From an uncultured Lysobacter sp. (GTDB taxonomy: Bacteria > Pseudomonadota > Gammaproteobacteria > Xanthomonadales > Xanthomonadaceae): a stretch of 64,000 nucleotides of DNA. A program made the position numbers and the translations under genes. Every line of letters starts with the position of its first letter. Within the stretch, counting starts at the first letter, position 1. Positions 51,779 through 61,236 of this stretch are shown one piece after another. The stretch lies in contig CBIHLN010000004.1 in the NCBI GenBank assembly GCA_966210725.1, forward strand, positions 1,132 through 65,131, in the 5' to 3' direction. Under the pieces are notes generated by a model. The model was not told the DNA's origin. It searched no databases and saw only the letters and a list, made by a program, of their open reading frames with translations.

Positions 51779-52524
51779 CGTGGCGTCTCCGGGGCCTGCG
51801 TGACCCAGGCCTTGCCGGCCTCGCGCCGGAGGTTGTCGGCGCGCGCGCGCGCCAGCAGCGCGCCGAGGAACCACAGCTTGGTGCCGATGACCATCCACGC
51901 CAGCGGCCAGACCATGCTGGCATCCATCGAGGACTCGCCGAACATGCGGATCGTCTGGCCCTGGTGCAGCGAGTTCCACCACACCACCGAGTAGCGGATC
52001 ACCGGCAGCAGCACCACGCCGACGATGGCCAGCAGGCCGGCGGCGCGCGCGGCGGCGCGGCGGTCGTCGATGGCGCTGTACAGGCCGATCACGCCCAGAT
52101 ACAGGAACAGCAGGATCAGCTCGGTGGTCAGGCGCGGGTCCCAGTCCCACCACGTGCCCCACATCGGCTTGCCCCAGATCGAGCCAGTGGCCAGCGTGAT
52201 CAGGGTGAAGCCGGCGCCGATCGGCGCGCAGGCCATCGCCAGGATCTCGCACAGCTTGATCCGCCAGATGAGCGCGATGGCGGCGTAGAGCGCCATCAGC
52301 GCGAACACGGCCATGCTCATCCACGCGCTGGGCACGTGGATGTAGAGGATGCGGAAGCTGTCGCCCTGCTGGTAGTCGGCCGGCACCGCGAACAGCGCAC
52401 CGTACAGGCCCACGGCCATCACGATGAAGCCCAGGCCGTAGCCCCACGGCGCCCAGCGCGCGGCGAAGCGGTCGAAATAGGGGGGCGATCCGAGTTTGTG
52501 GAACCAGCGCAGGAGTGGATTCAT
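51775..52524 (-). CDS. ccmC: Heme ABC exporter permease CcmC
   Basis: 249 aa. WWD motif [17 protein letters not shown]. Confidence 0.95.
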   Translation of the reverse strand: MNPLLRWFHKLGSPPYFDRFAARWAPWGYGLGFIVMAVGLYGALFAVPADYQQGDSFRILYIHVPSAWMSMAVFALMALYAAIALIWRIKLCEILAMACAPIGAGFTLITLATGSIWGKPMWGTWWDWDPRLTTELILLFLYLGVIGLYSAIDDRRAAARAAGLLAIVGVVLLPVIRYSVVWWNSLHQGQTIRMFGESSMDASMVWPLAWMVIGTKLWFLGALLARARADNLRREAGKAWVTQAPETPR

Positions 52525-52600
52525 TGCTCTTCGCCCGCTCCCGCGCAGTGCAAGGGAGGGATGTGAGGGGGCTCGTCTGCGGCCGCCAGGGGCCGGGGCA

Positions 52601-53287
52601 TCAGGTCAGCGCGATCCGTATCGCTGCCGCGGCCGCCAGCGGCGCCAGCACCAGCGTCAGCACCAGGCCTGCCGCGAGCAGCAGCAGCGCACCGGTGGGG
52701 TCCAGTCCCTGTGCCGAGGCCGCGATACTGCCCGCCCCGAAGACCAGCACGGGGACGTACAGGGGCAGCGCCAGCAGGGCGACAAGTATACCGGAGCGCC
52801 GCATCCCAACCGTCAGCGCGGCGACCACCGAGCCCAGCAGGCTGAGCAGCGGCGTGCCCAGCGCCAGGCCCACCAGCAGCAGGCCGAGCTGGTCGCGCGG
52901 CAGGTACAGCAGCTCGCCCAGCACGGGCGTGGCCAGCAGCAGGGGCAGCGACGTCGTCGCCCAGTGCATGAACGTGCGCACGCCCACAAGCCACGCCAGC
53001 GGCACCGGCGCCAGCATCCACTGCTCCAGCGAGCCGTCCTCGGCGTCGCCGCGGAACAGGGTGTCCAGCGACAGCAGGCCGGCCAGCAGCACGGCCACCC
53101 ACAGCACCGCGCCGGCCGAGGACGCCAGCGCCTCGCGCTCGCCGCCCAGCGCCAGCGCGAACAGCACCACCACCAGCAAGGCGAACAGCGCCGGTTGCAG
53201 CGCATCGCCGCGGCGTCGCCACAGCAGCCGGGCGTCGCGCGCCATCAGTGCGCGGGCCGTGGACAGCAGGGTGGGGGCGGCGCTCAC
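52601..53287 (-). CDS. ccmB: Heme exporter permease CcmB
   Basis: 228 aa from GTG 53287, overlapping the ccmA stop (GTGA). It has the [12 protein letters not shown] motif in a six-TM pattern. Confidence 0.88.
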   Translation of the reverse strand: MSAAPTLLSTARALMARDARLLWRRRGDALQPALFALLVVVLFALALGGEREALASSAGAVLWVAVLLAGLLSLDTLFRGDAEDGSLEQWMLAPVPLAWLVGVRTFMHWATTSLPLLLATPVLGELLYLPRDQLGLLLVGLALGTPLLSLLGSVVAALTVGMRRSGILVALLALPLYVPVLVFGAGSIAASAQGLDPTGALLLLAAGLVLTLVLAPLAAAAAIRIALT

Positions 53288-53929
53288 GACCGCTTCTCCA
53301 GCACCAGCGTGCGCGTGCGCACGGGCGGGGCCGCATAGGCCCCGTGGGTGGTGACCAGCGCCGCGCCACCCGCGCGCAGCTGCGCCTGCACCATGCGGTT
53401 CACCAGCTCGATGCCGTCCAGGTCGAGATTGGCGTAGGGCTCGTCCAGCAGCCACAGCGGCGCCGGCGACAGCCACAGCCGCGCCAGGCCCAGGCGCTTC
53501 TTCTGCCCGGCCGACAGCTGGCGCAGCAGTGCATCCTCGTATCCGGCCAGCCCGACCATCGCCAGCGCGTGTTCCGGCAACTGCGCGCGACGGCGCCCGT
53601 GCAGGCCGCACAGGAAGTTGAGGTTCTCCAGCACGCTCAGGTCGGCCTTCAGGCCAGGCAAATGGCCCAGGTAGGCCATCGCGCGGGCGCGGCGCGCGGG
53701 TCGCGCCGGCTCGCCATCGATATCGACCGAGCCATCGTCGGCCCGCAGCAGGCCGATCAGCAGGCGCAGCAGGGTGGTCTTGCCGGCGCCGTTGTCGCCC
53801 TGCACCAGCAGCGCCTCGCCGGCGTCCACCGCGAAATCCAGCGGGCCGAACACGGGCAGGTCGTTGCGCGAGAACCGCAGGCCCTTGACGTCCAGCAGCG
53901 GCGGGGTGGGGTGGTCGGCGTGGGGCAAC
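53284..53929 (-). CDS. ccmA: Heme ABC exporter ATPase CcmA; start uncertain, probably TTG
   Basis: Walker [13 protein letters not shown], signature [12 protein letters not shown] and Walker B LWLLDEP. There is no in-frame ATG upstream of Walker A near the expected start. TTG 53929 gives a normal-length protein. Confidence 0.8.
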
Positions 53930-54005
53930 GGGTGCGGCCGGGTGGAAACGGGAGCGGCGATTCTACCGGCCGACCGGCTCGCTACCGCCGCCGGGATGGG
54001 GACGA

Positions 54006-54476
54006 TCAGCCCAGCCAGTCGGTGTGGGGGTCTGTCGTGGCGCCCTCGGGCCGGTGCAGCAACATCCTGAGTCGCACGGGCTGACCCCGCTCCCACGCCA
54101 GGATCCCGGCCTGGCCGAACTCCTGCGCCAGCGTCGAACTGGTGGTGTCGTCCAGTCCCGCCACCAGCCAGCCCGGCTCGCGCCAGTCGCCGTCCGTCCC
54201 CTGCGCCCAGGCGGCCTGCCGCGGAGCGCCGGCGGCATCGAGCTGGCCGACCAGCAACGTGTCGGCGGTTTCGTTGGCGGTGTCGGAATGGAGCTCGGAG
54301 GCGGGGTTCCACGCGGTGATGAAGAGGTAGCGCTCGGCCGGCCAGTACGCCTCCACGTCCGATGCCGACTCACCCACGCGCAGCGGCAGGGCATCGCCGT
54401 CGATCAGCACGCAGTACTGCGCGGCGGCATAGGCCGCCGCGAGGTCGGCGGCGTCGACGACGGTGAGCGAGCGCAT
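54006..54476 (-). CDS. Conserved hypothetical protein (DUF3293-like)
   Basis: 156 aa from ATG 54476 ([35 protein letters not shown]...[10 protein letters not shown]...). The family assignment is from memory. Confidence 0.6.
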   Translation of the reverse strand: MRSLTVVDAADLAAAYAAAQYCVLIDGDALPLRVGESASDVEAYWPAERYLFITAWNPASELHSDTANETADTLLVGQLDAAGAPRQAAWAQGTDGDWREPGWLVAGLDDTTSSTLAQEFGQAGILAWERGQPVRLRMLLHRPEGATTDPHTDWLG

Positions 54477-54661
54477 GGGCCGAGTGTCCCGCGTGATGGG
54501 TGGAGGTGCAAACGAGGTCTGCGTTAGCCCCCTGAGAAGCAGGGGGAGGGGCAAAAACGGCGGCTGCGAGGGGGCCGACCTCGGCGGCTTACCGTCATTC
54601 GCATGCCGGCTCACGGCGGTTACGTAAACTCGACATCCGTTTGATTCATCGGACTCCGCCC

Positions 54662-55819
54662 ATGCCCGTGCCCACTCCCCAGACCAAGCTGCCCAACGTC
54701 GGCACCACCATCTTCGCCGTGATGTCGCAGTTGGCGACCGACCACGGTGCGGTCAACCTGGGGCAGGGCTTCCCGGATTTCGACGTACCTGAGCGGCTGG
54801 TGCAGGCGCTGGACCGCGCCATGCGCGAGGGCAGGAACCAGTACGCACCCATGACCGGCCTGCCGGTGCTGCGCCAGGCCATCGCCGCCAAGACCGAGCG
54901 CTGCTACGGCTACCGGCCCGACGCGGACACCGAGGTCACCGTGACCTCCGGCGCCAGCGAGGCGATCTTCGATGCCGTGCACGCCGTGGTGCGGCCGGGC
55001 GACGAGGTGATCGTGCTCGACCCCTGCTACGACTGTTACGAGCCGGCGATCGACCTGGCCGGCGGCCGCGCGGTGCACGTCGCCCTGGACCCGGCGCATT
55101 TCCGCCCCGACTGGGAACGCATCCGCGCCGCTGTCACGCCACGCACGCGGATGATCATCACCAACACCCCGCACAACCCGTCGGGCGCGATGTTCGACGG
55201 CGATGACATCGCGCAGCTGGAAGCGCTGCTGCACGACACCGGCATCTACCTGCTGTCGGACGAGGTGTACGAGCACATCGTCTTCGACGGCGCCCGCCAC
55301 GAGTCGGCCCTGCGGCATCCGGCGCTGCGCGAGCGCGCGTTCGTGGTGTCCAGCTTCGGCAAGACCTACCACTGCACCGGCTGGAAGGTCGGCTATTGCA
55401 TCGCGCCGCCGGCGCTGTCGGCGGAGCTGCGCAAGGTCCACCAGTACAACACCTTCTGCACCTTCACCCCGGCGCAGGCCGCGTTTGCCGAGATGATCGA
55501 AGCCGAGCCGGGGCACTACGAAGGGCTCGGCGCGTTCTACCAGGCCAAGCGCGACCGCTTCCACGACCAGCTTCTGGGCACGCAGCTCAAGCCGCTCGAC
55601 GTTCCGGGCGGCTACTTCCAGCTGGTCGACTACTCCTCGGTGAGTGACCTGGACGATGCGTCGTTCTGCCGCTGGCTGACGGTGGAGAAAGGCGTGTGTG
55701 CGATTCCGCTGTCGCCGTTCTACGCCGAGCCGCCACGCCGCCAGCACCTGGCGCGGCTGTGCTTCGCCAAGAATGAGGCGACGCTGGACGCGGCGATCGA
55801 GCGCCTCCGCGCGCTGTAA
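54662..55819 (+). CDS. PLP-dependent aminotransferase, YbdL (methionine aminotransferase)-like
   Basis: 385 aa from ATG 54662. TKLPNVGTTIFAVMSQLA..NLGQGFPDF..NQYAPMTG and SFGKTYHCTGWKVGY (the PLP Lys) are present. Confidence 0.9.
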   Translation: MPVPTPQTKLPNVGTTIFAVMSQLATDHGAVNLGQGFPDFDVPERLVQALDRAMREGRNQYAPMTGLPVLRQAIAAKTERCYGYRPDADTEVTVTSGASEAIFDAVHAVVRPGDEVIVLDPCYDCYEPAIDLAGGRAVHVALDPAHFRPDWERIRAAVTPRTRMIITNTPHNPSGAMFDGDDIAQLEALLHDTGIYLLSDEVYEHIVFDGARHESALRHPALRERAFVVSSFGKTYHCTGWKVGYCIAPPALSAELRKVHQYNTFCTFTPAQAAFAEMIEAEPGHYEGLGAFYQAKRDRFHDQLLGTQLKPLDVPGGYFQLVDYSSVSDLDDASFCRWLTVEKGVCAIPLSPFYAEPPRRQHLARLCFAKNEATLDAAIERLRAL

Positions 55820-55920
55820 CGGGCGTGACGTCCTCGCGCTGAACGAAGCGCGCGGGCGATAACCCGGCATTCACCGCGGCTTATCGATGCTGACGCGGTT
55901 TTCCGCCGCGGAGTATCGCC

Positions 55921-56628
55921 ATGGGCCAGACGGCCGCACGCTCGCTTTCCTTCCTGCACCGTGCCCGTGTGCTCGGTGCTGCGGCACTGCTGCTCGCGCT
56001 GGCGGGTTGTGTCACCGGTCCGGGCGGATATGGCGGCTACCCCGGGCAGGGGTATCCGGATCAGGGCTATCCCGACCAGCGCTATCCCGGCAGCTACGGC
56101 AGCGAGCGCGTGCTCGGCACCGTGCAGGGCGTGGATACGCGGTATGGCCGCATCCTGTTGAGCGCGGATGGCCGCAACGGTTACGGCGGCGGCCAGGTCG
56201 AAGTCATGTACGACCGCAATACGCAGCTGGTCTACCAGGGCCGTTCGCTTGCGGTGGAGGGACTTGAGCGCGGTGACCGCATCAGCGTGGAGGCCGTGCG
56301 TTCCGGCAACGGCCTCGTCGCGCGCCGCATCGACGTGGTGCAGAACGTGCGCGACGCGCACGGCGGCGGCTATTACGGCGGCGAACTGCGCGGCGCGGTG
56401 GCCTATGTCGACCCCCGATCGCGCGTGATCGGCCTGACGCGGGGCGGCTACAGCGGGCGCGAGGAGCGCGTCTATTACGACGAGCGCACCGCCGTGGAGT
56501 ACCGCGGCCAGTTCTACCGTGCCGACGAGCTGGAGCGCGGCGACGTGCTGCGCGTCCAGGCGCGCCCGCGCGGCAACGACTGGTGGGCCGAGCGGATCTG
56601 GGTGGAGGTCAACGTCCGCGACCGCTGA
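55921..56628 (+). CDS. Lipoprotein with a GYP(D/G)Q-rich linker and an internally duplicated domain
   Basis: Lipobox LLLALAGC. The linker is GGYGGYPGQGYPDQGYPDQRYPGSYG. Two ~80-aa repeats each end in (G/E)LERGD...V..NVRD. Confidence 0.65.
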   Translation: MGQTAARSLSFLHRARVLGAAALLLALAGCVTGPGGYGGYPGQGYPDQGYPDQRYPGSYGSERVLGTVQGVDTRYGRILLSADGRNGYGGGQVEVMYDRNTQLVYQGRSLAVEGLERGDRISVEAVRSGNGLVARRIDVVQNVRDAHGGGYYGGELRGAVAYVDPRSRVIGLTRGGYSGREERVYYDERTAVEYRGQFYRADELERGDVLRVQARPRGNDWWAERIWVEVNVRDR

Positions 56629-56683
56629 ACCGGGACGTGACCCCGGCGCCCGCCGCGGAGGCGCACGCCGGTAGAATGGCCGG

Positions 56684-58573
56684 ATGCCTTTGATCACCCT
56701 CCAGGACGTCGACTACAGCGTCGGCGGCCCGCTGCTGCTCGAAAACGTCCAGCTGTCCATCGAACCGGGCGAGCGCATTGCGCTCATCGGTCGCAACGGC
56801 GCCGGCAAGTCCACCCTGATGAAACTCATCGCCGGCGAGCTGGTGCCGGACGACGGCGAAGTCCGCCGCGATGGCGCCGTGCGCATTGCGCGCCTGGAGC
56901 AGGAGGTTCCGGCCGGCGCGGCCGGCGACGTCTGGGACGTGGTCGCCGGCGGCATGGGCGAGGTCGGCGCCTGGCTGGCCGAGTACCACCACCTCAGCCA
57001 CGCCGAGGAGTTCGACGGCGACGCGCTGGCGGCGGTGCAGGGGCGGATCGAGGCGGCAGACGGCTGGAGCCTCGATCAGCGCGTCGTGGAGACGCTCGAG
57101 CGCCTGGGGCTGGACGGCGACGCCGCGTTCTCGGGCCTGTCGGGCGGCATGAAGCGACGCGTGCTGCTGGCGCGCGCGCTGGTCTCGGCGCCGGACCTGC
57201 TGCTGCTGGACGAGCCGACCAACCACTTGGACATCGAGGCGATCGACTGGCTGGAGACCTTCCTGAAAGGCTGGGCCGGCGCGCTGCTGTTCGTCACCCA
57301 TGACCGGCGCTTCCTGAAGGCGCTGGCGACGCGCATCGTCGAGATCGACCGCGGCCAGGTCACCAGCTGGCCGGGCGACTGGGCCAACTACGAACGCCGG
57401 CGCGAGGAGCGTCTGAATGCCGAGGCGCAGGAGAACGCGCGCTTCGACAAGCTGTTGGCGCAGGAAGAGGTGTGGATCCGCCAGGGCATCAAGGCGCGCC
57501 GCACCCGCGACGAAGGTCGTGTGCGCCGGCTGAAAGCGATGCGCAACGAACGCGCCGAGCGCCGCGCGCAGACCGGCAACGTGCGCATGGACTTCGCCCA
57601 GGCCGAGTCCTCGGGCAAGAAGGTGGTCGAGGCGCGCGACGTATCGTTCGACTACGGCGGCAAGCCGTTGCTGCGCGATGTCTCCACCACCATCTTCCGC
57701 GGAGACCGCATCGGCCTGATCGGACCCAACGGGAGCGGCAAGACCACGCTGATCAAGGTGCTGCTGGGCGAACTGGCGCCCACGTCCGGCGAGGTGCGCC
57801 TGGGCAGCAACCTGCAGGTGGCGTACTTCGACCAGTACCGCGCGACCCTGCGCGAGGACTGGAACGCGCTGGAGAACGTGGCCGAGGGCCGCGAGTTCGT
57901 CGAGGTCGGTGGCAAGTCCAAGCACGTGATCGGTTACCTGCAGGACTTCCTGTTCACCCCCGAGCGGGCGCGCGCGCCCATCACCCGGCTGTCGGGCGGC
58001 GAACGCAACCGCCTGCTGCTGGCGAAACTGTTCGCTCAGCCGTCCAACCTGCTGGTGATGGACGAACCGACCAACGACCTGGACGTCGAGACGCTGGAGT
58101 TGCTGGAGGAGATCCTCGGCGAGTACACCGGCACGTTGCTGCTGGTCAGCCATGACCGCGACTTCCTCGACAACGTGGTGACCTCCACGCTGGTGATGGA
58201 GGGCAACGGCCGGGTCGGCGAATACGTGGGCGGCTACAGCGACTGGCTGCGCCAGCGGCGCGTCGAGTTCACCGCGCCGGCTTCGACAGCGGCGCCGTCG
58301 GCCCCGATGCCTGTCTCGCCGATTGCCGCCGCGGCCACCACCCCGACGACCCCCAAGCGCAAGCTCAGCTTCAAGGACGCACGCGAGCTCGAGCAGCTGC
58401 CGGCGCTGATCGAGGCGCTGGAGGCCCGTATCGCGCAGCTGACCGCGGCCATGGCCGACCCGGCGTTCTTCCAGCGCGATGCCGCGTTGATCGCCGCCGA
58501 CAACGCCATGCTGGCCGATACCCAGGCCGAGCTGGACGCGGCCTATGCCCGCTGGGCGGAATTGGACGGCTGA
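56684..58573 (+). CDS. uup: ABC-F family ATPase Uup
   Basis: 629 aa. Two ABC cassettes (GRNGAGKST and GPNGSGKTT, LSGGMKRR and LSGGERNR) are followed by a C-terminal coiled-coil domain. Confidence 0.9.
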   Translation: MPLITLQDVDYSVGGPLLLENVQLSIEPGERIALIGRNGAGKSTLMKLIAGELVPDDGEVRRDGAVRIARLEQEVPAGAAGDVWDVVAGGMGEVGAWLAEYHHLSHAEEFDGDALAAVQGRIEAADGWSLDQRVVETLERLGLDGDAAFSGLSGGMKRRVLLARALVSAPDLLLLDEPTNHLDIEAIDWLETFLKGWAGALLFVTHDRRFLKALATRIVEIDRGQVTSWPGDWANYERRREERLNAEAQENARFDKLLAQEEVWIRQGIKARRTRDEGRVRRLKAMRNERAERRAQTGNVRMDFAQAESSGKKVVEARDVSFDYGGKPLLRDVSTTIFRGDRIGLIGPNGSGKTTLIKVLLGELAPTSGEVRLGSNLQVAYFDQYRATLREDWNALENVAEGREFVEVGGKSKHVIGYLQDFLFTPERARAPITRLSGGERNRLLLAKLFAQPSNLLVMDEPTNDLDVETLELLEEILGEYTGTLLLVSHDRDFLDNVVTSTLVMEGNGRVGEYVGGYSDWLRQRRVEFTAPASTAAPSAPMPVSPIAAAATTPTTPKRKLSFKDARELEQLPALIEALEARIAQLTAAMADPAFFQRDAALIAADNAMLADTQAELDAAYARWAELDG

Positions 58574-58660
58574 GCCGTGTGATGCGGATTGCCGCGTCGC
58601 CCGTCACGCTCAGTCGATTGCTCGCCGCCACGTCCAAGCCGTTATCCCCGCCCCCCCAGT

Positions 58661-58694
58661 CGTCATTCCCGCGAAGGCGGGAACCCATGGACGT
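58661..58694. repeat. REP-like palindromic unit, left copy of an inverted pair
   Basis: CGTCATTCCCGCGAAGGCGGGAACCCATGGACGT has the internal palindrome TCCCGC-GAAG-GCGGGA. Its reverse complement recurs at 58801-58834 with one mismatch. Confidence 0.75.
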
Positions 58695-58800
58695 TGCTCG
58701 CCTTTCGAGGGCGAGTCTGGCCCGAGGGTCCAGGGGGCGCGGTGGTTGACACGCGATCTCTACTGCCGCTCTTGATTGCACCTACTTAATCAAAGTCTGT

Positions 58801-58834
58801 ACGTCCATGGATTCCCGCCTTCGCGGGAATGACG
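58801..58834. repeat. REP-like palindromic unit, right copy of an inverted pair
   Basis: ACGTCCATGGATTCCCGCCTTCGCGGGAATGACG is the reverse complement of 58661-58694 with 33 of 34 positions matching. Confidence 0.75.
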
Positions 58835-58938
58835 GCAGAGAAAATCGTTGATGGCCGGAGCGGGCCGGCTGCACGGAGCGCTTGCGGTCCATCGCGTTGG
58901 CGGGCCCTAATCGCCGTACCCGACCCTCGGAGCCCGCC

Positions 58939-59517
58939 ATGTCCCTCCCGACCCGCCTCCGCGCCAGCATGGCGTGCATCGCGCTGGTGGCACTCGCCGT
59001 CCCGGCGACCGCCGCCGTCAAGGACCAGTCCGCGGCCGGCTTCACCTTGGAGAACGAAGCCGTCGTCGCGGTGGATGCCGCCACGGCGTGGGACGCGATC
59101 GTCGATGACGTGGACCGCTGGTGGCCGAAGGACCACACGTGGTGGGGCAGCGAGTCGAAGCTGTCGATCGATGCGCGCGCCGGTGGGTGCTTCTGCGAGA
59201 TCGACGGCGACCGCCAGGCGCAGCACCTGCAGGTGGTGTACACCGACCCCGGCAAGCTGCTGCGCATGACCGGTGGCCTCGGCCCGCTGCAGGGGATGGG
59301 CCTGCACGGCGTCCTGGAATTCCGGCTGGAGCCGGTGCAGGGGCCTGACGGCGACGAACGTCGCGACATGACCCGCATCGTGCTGCACTACCGCGCCGGC
59401 GGCTATGCGCCGGACCACATCGGCGCGTTCGCACCGGTGGTGGACCGGGTGCAGGCGGCCCAACTCAAGGGCCTCGTGGATCACATCGTGGGCCTGCGCG
59501 GATCGGGCGCGCGCTGA
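58939..59517 (+). CDS. Secreted SRPBCC (START/AHSA1-like) superfamily protein
   Basis: 192 aa from ATG 58939, with a signal peptide (MACIALVALAVPATAA). The pattern AWDAIVDDVDRWWPKDHTW...CFCE...LEFRL fits this superfamily. Confidence 0.6.
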   Translation: MSLPTRLRASMACIALVALAVPATAAVKDQSAAGFTLENEAVVAVDAATAWDAIVDDVDRWWPKDHTWWGSESKLSIDARAGGCFCEIDGDRQAQHLQVVYTDPGKLLRMTGGLGPLQGMGLHGVLEFRLEPVQGPDGDERRDMTRIVLHYRAGGYAPDHIGAFAPVVDRVQAAQLKGLVDHIVGLRGSGAR

Positions 59518-59536
59518 CATCCAGCCGACGCCGGCC

Positions 59537-60370
59537 TCAGCCCATGAAGCCGCCGCCGTTGACGTGCAGGAACTGCCCGGTCACGTAGCTGCTGTCCGCG
59601 CACGCCAGGTACACGTACGCCGGGCCCAGTTCGCTGGGCTGGCCGGCGCGCTTCATCGGCGTGTTGCGCCCGAACTCGCGCTGCTCCTTCCTGCTGAAGC
59701 TCGAGGCGATCAGCGGCGTCCAGATCGGGCCGGGCGCGACGCCGTTCACCCGGATGCCGCGGTCGACCACGTTCTTGGCCAGCGAGTAGGTGAATGTCTC
59801 GATGGCGCCCTTGGTCGAGGCGTAGTCGATCAGGTGGTCGCTGCCGCGGAACGAGGTCACCGAGCCGGTGTTGATGATCGCGCTGCCGCTTTTCATGTGC
59901 GCCAGCGCATGGCGCGTCAGGTGGAAGAACGGAAAGACGTTGTTCTCGAACGTGTCGCGCAACTGCGCGGGCGTGATGTCCTCGAGCGTGTCCTGGGGCA
60001 CATGGTCGGCCAGGTTGTTCACCAGCACGTCCAGCCGGCCCAGCGTCTTGACCGTGCGCGCCACGGCCGACCGGCAGCGGGCTTCGCGCCGTGCGTCGCC
60101 ACGGATCAACAGGCAGCGGCGGCCCTCGGCCTCGACCATCGCCGCGGTGTCGCGGGCGTCGCCGTCCTCGCTGAGGTAGAGGATCGCGACATCCGCGCCT
60201 TCGCGGGCGAAATGCACGGCCACCGAGCGGCCGATCCCGCTGTCGCCACCGGTGACCAGCGCCACTTTGCCGTCGAGCTTGTTTGAGCCCCGGTAGTCGT
60301 CGCGGATGGTGTCGGGTTGCGGGGTCATCGTGCTCTGGTTGCCGGGCGATGCCTGCTTCCGGGTGGCCAT
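59537..60370 (-). CDS. SDR-family oxidoreductase (YghA-like)
   Basis: 277 aa from ATG 60370. It has the cofactor-binding motif TGGDSGIG, the NNL(A) motif and the catalytic YASTK. The long upstream extension in the track is a GC-driven artefact. Confidence 0.9.
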   Translation of the reverse strand: MATRKQASPGNQSTMTPQPDTIRDDYRGSNKLDGKVALVTGGDSGIGRSVAVHFAREGADVAILYLSEDGDARDTAAMVEAEGRRCLLIRGDARREARCRSAVARTVKTLGRLDVLVNNLADHVPQDTLEDITPAQLRDTFENNVFPFFHLTRHALAHMKSGSAIINTGSVTSFRGSDHLIDYASTKGAIETFTYSLAKNVVDRGIRVNGVAPGPIWTPLIASSFSRKEQREFGRNTPMKRAGQPSELGPAYVYLACADSSYVTGQFLHVNGGGFMG

Positions 60371-60468
60371 GGACGTGTCTCCTGTCGGTGGACGCGACAT
60401 GGTCTGCAAGGGCGCGTGGCCGGCCGATGAAATGGGCCGCACTGCGGTGGAGCGCCTAGACTTCGCGC

Positions 60469-61065
60469 ATGCACCAGCCCGACCTGGCCGGCATGCCGCC
60501 GGCCCCCGATCCGCGGCGACTCGAACGCCTGTTCTTCGCATTGCTGCCCGATGCGCCCACGGGCGAGGCGATCGCGCGTGCCGTGGGCGGGCACCTTGCC
60601 GGCCGTGTCCCCGGCCGACGCACGCCGCCCGCGCTCTACCACCTGACGTTGAGTTACCTGGGCGAGTTCGACAGCCCGCCGGCGTCGCTGCTGGATGCCG
60701 CATGCCGGGCCGCCGGTGCTGTCCGCGCGCCTGCGTTCGACCTGCCGCTGTCCCGGCTGGGCAGATTCCGGCAGGGCCGCGGCTGGCTGTGGTGGCTGGG
60801 GCCCGATGCCACGCCCCCCGGGCTGCTGGCGTTGTGGCAGGCATTGGACGCCGCGCTGCTGGACGCGCGCATCCGGCGTCCGCCCGAGACCGCATTCAGG
60901 CCGCACGTCACCGTGCTGCGCGGCTGCGACCGGGCGCCGCCCGGGGATGCGTGCGTCGATGTGGCGTGGCCGGTGCGGGCGTTCGCGCTCGTCTCCAGCC
61001 AAGCGGGCGTGTATCGGCCGTTGTGGCGGTGGCCGCTGGATGACGGCGGTCATCCCGACCGCTGA
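60469..61065 (+). CDS. thpR: RNA 2',3'-cyclic phosphodiesterase (2H phosphoesterase, ThpR/LigT family)
   Basis: 198 aa. It has the two H-x-T-x motifs, YHLTLSYLG and PHVTVLRG. Confidence 0.75.
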   Translation: MHQPDLAGMPPAPDPRRLERLFFALLPDAPTGEAIARAVGGHLAGRVPGRRTPPALYHLTLSYLGEFDSPPASLLDAACRAAGAVRAPAFDLPLSRLGRFRQGRGWLWWLGPDATPPGLLALWQALDAALLDARIRRPPETAFRPHVTVLRGCDRAPPGDACVDVAWPVRAFALVSSQAGVYRPLWRWPLDDGGHPDR

Positions 61066-61236
61066 CGGCGACGAGGCGTCCCGGTCCACACCCGGCCCCG
61101 GCAGGAAACGGTCGGGGCCGCAGGCGTGGTTTCGTGGACGACGTGGGTTGAAGCGCGATACGGCGCGACTGCGCAGGTCGCGACTGACGTCGTTCCCGCC
61201 GGGGCCTCCCCGCCGTGGCGGGTGGACGGGCTCCAC

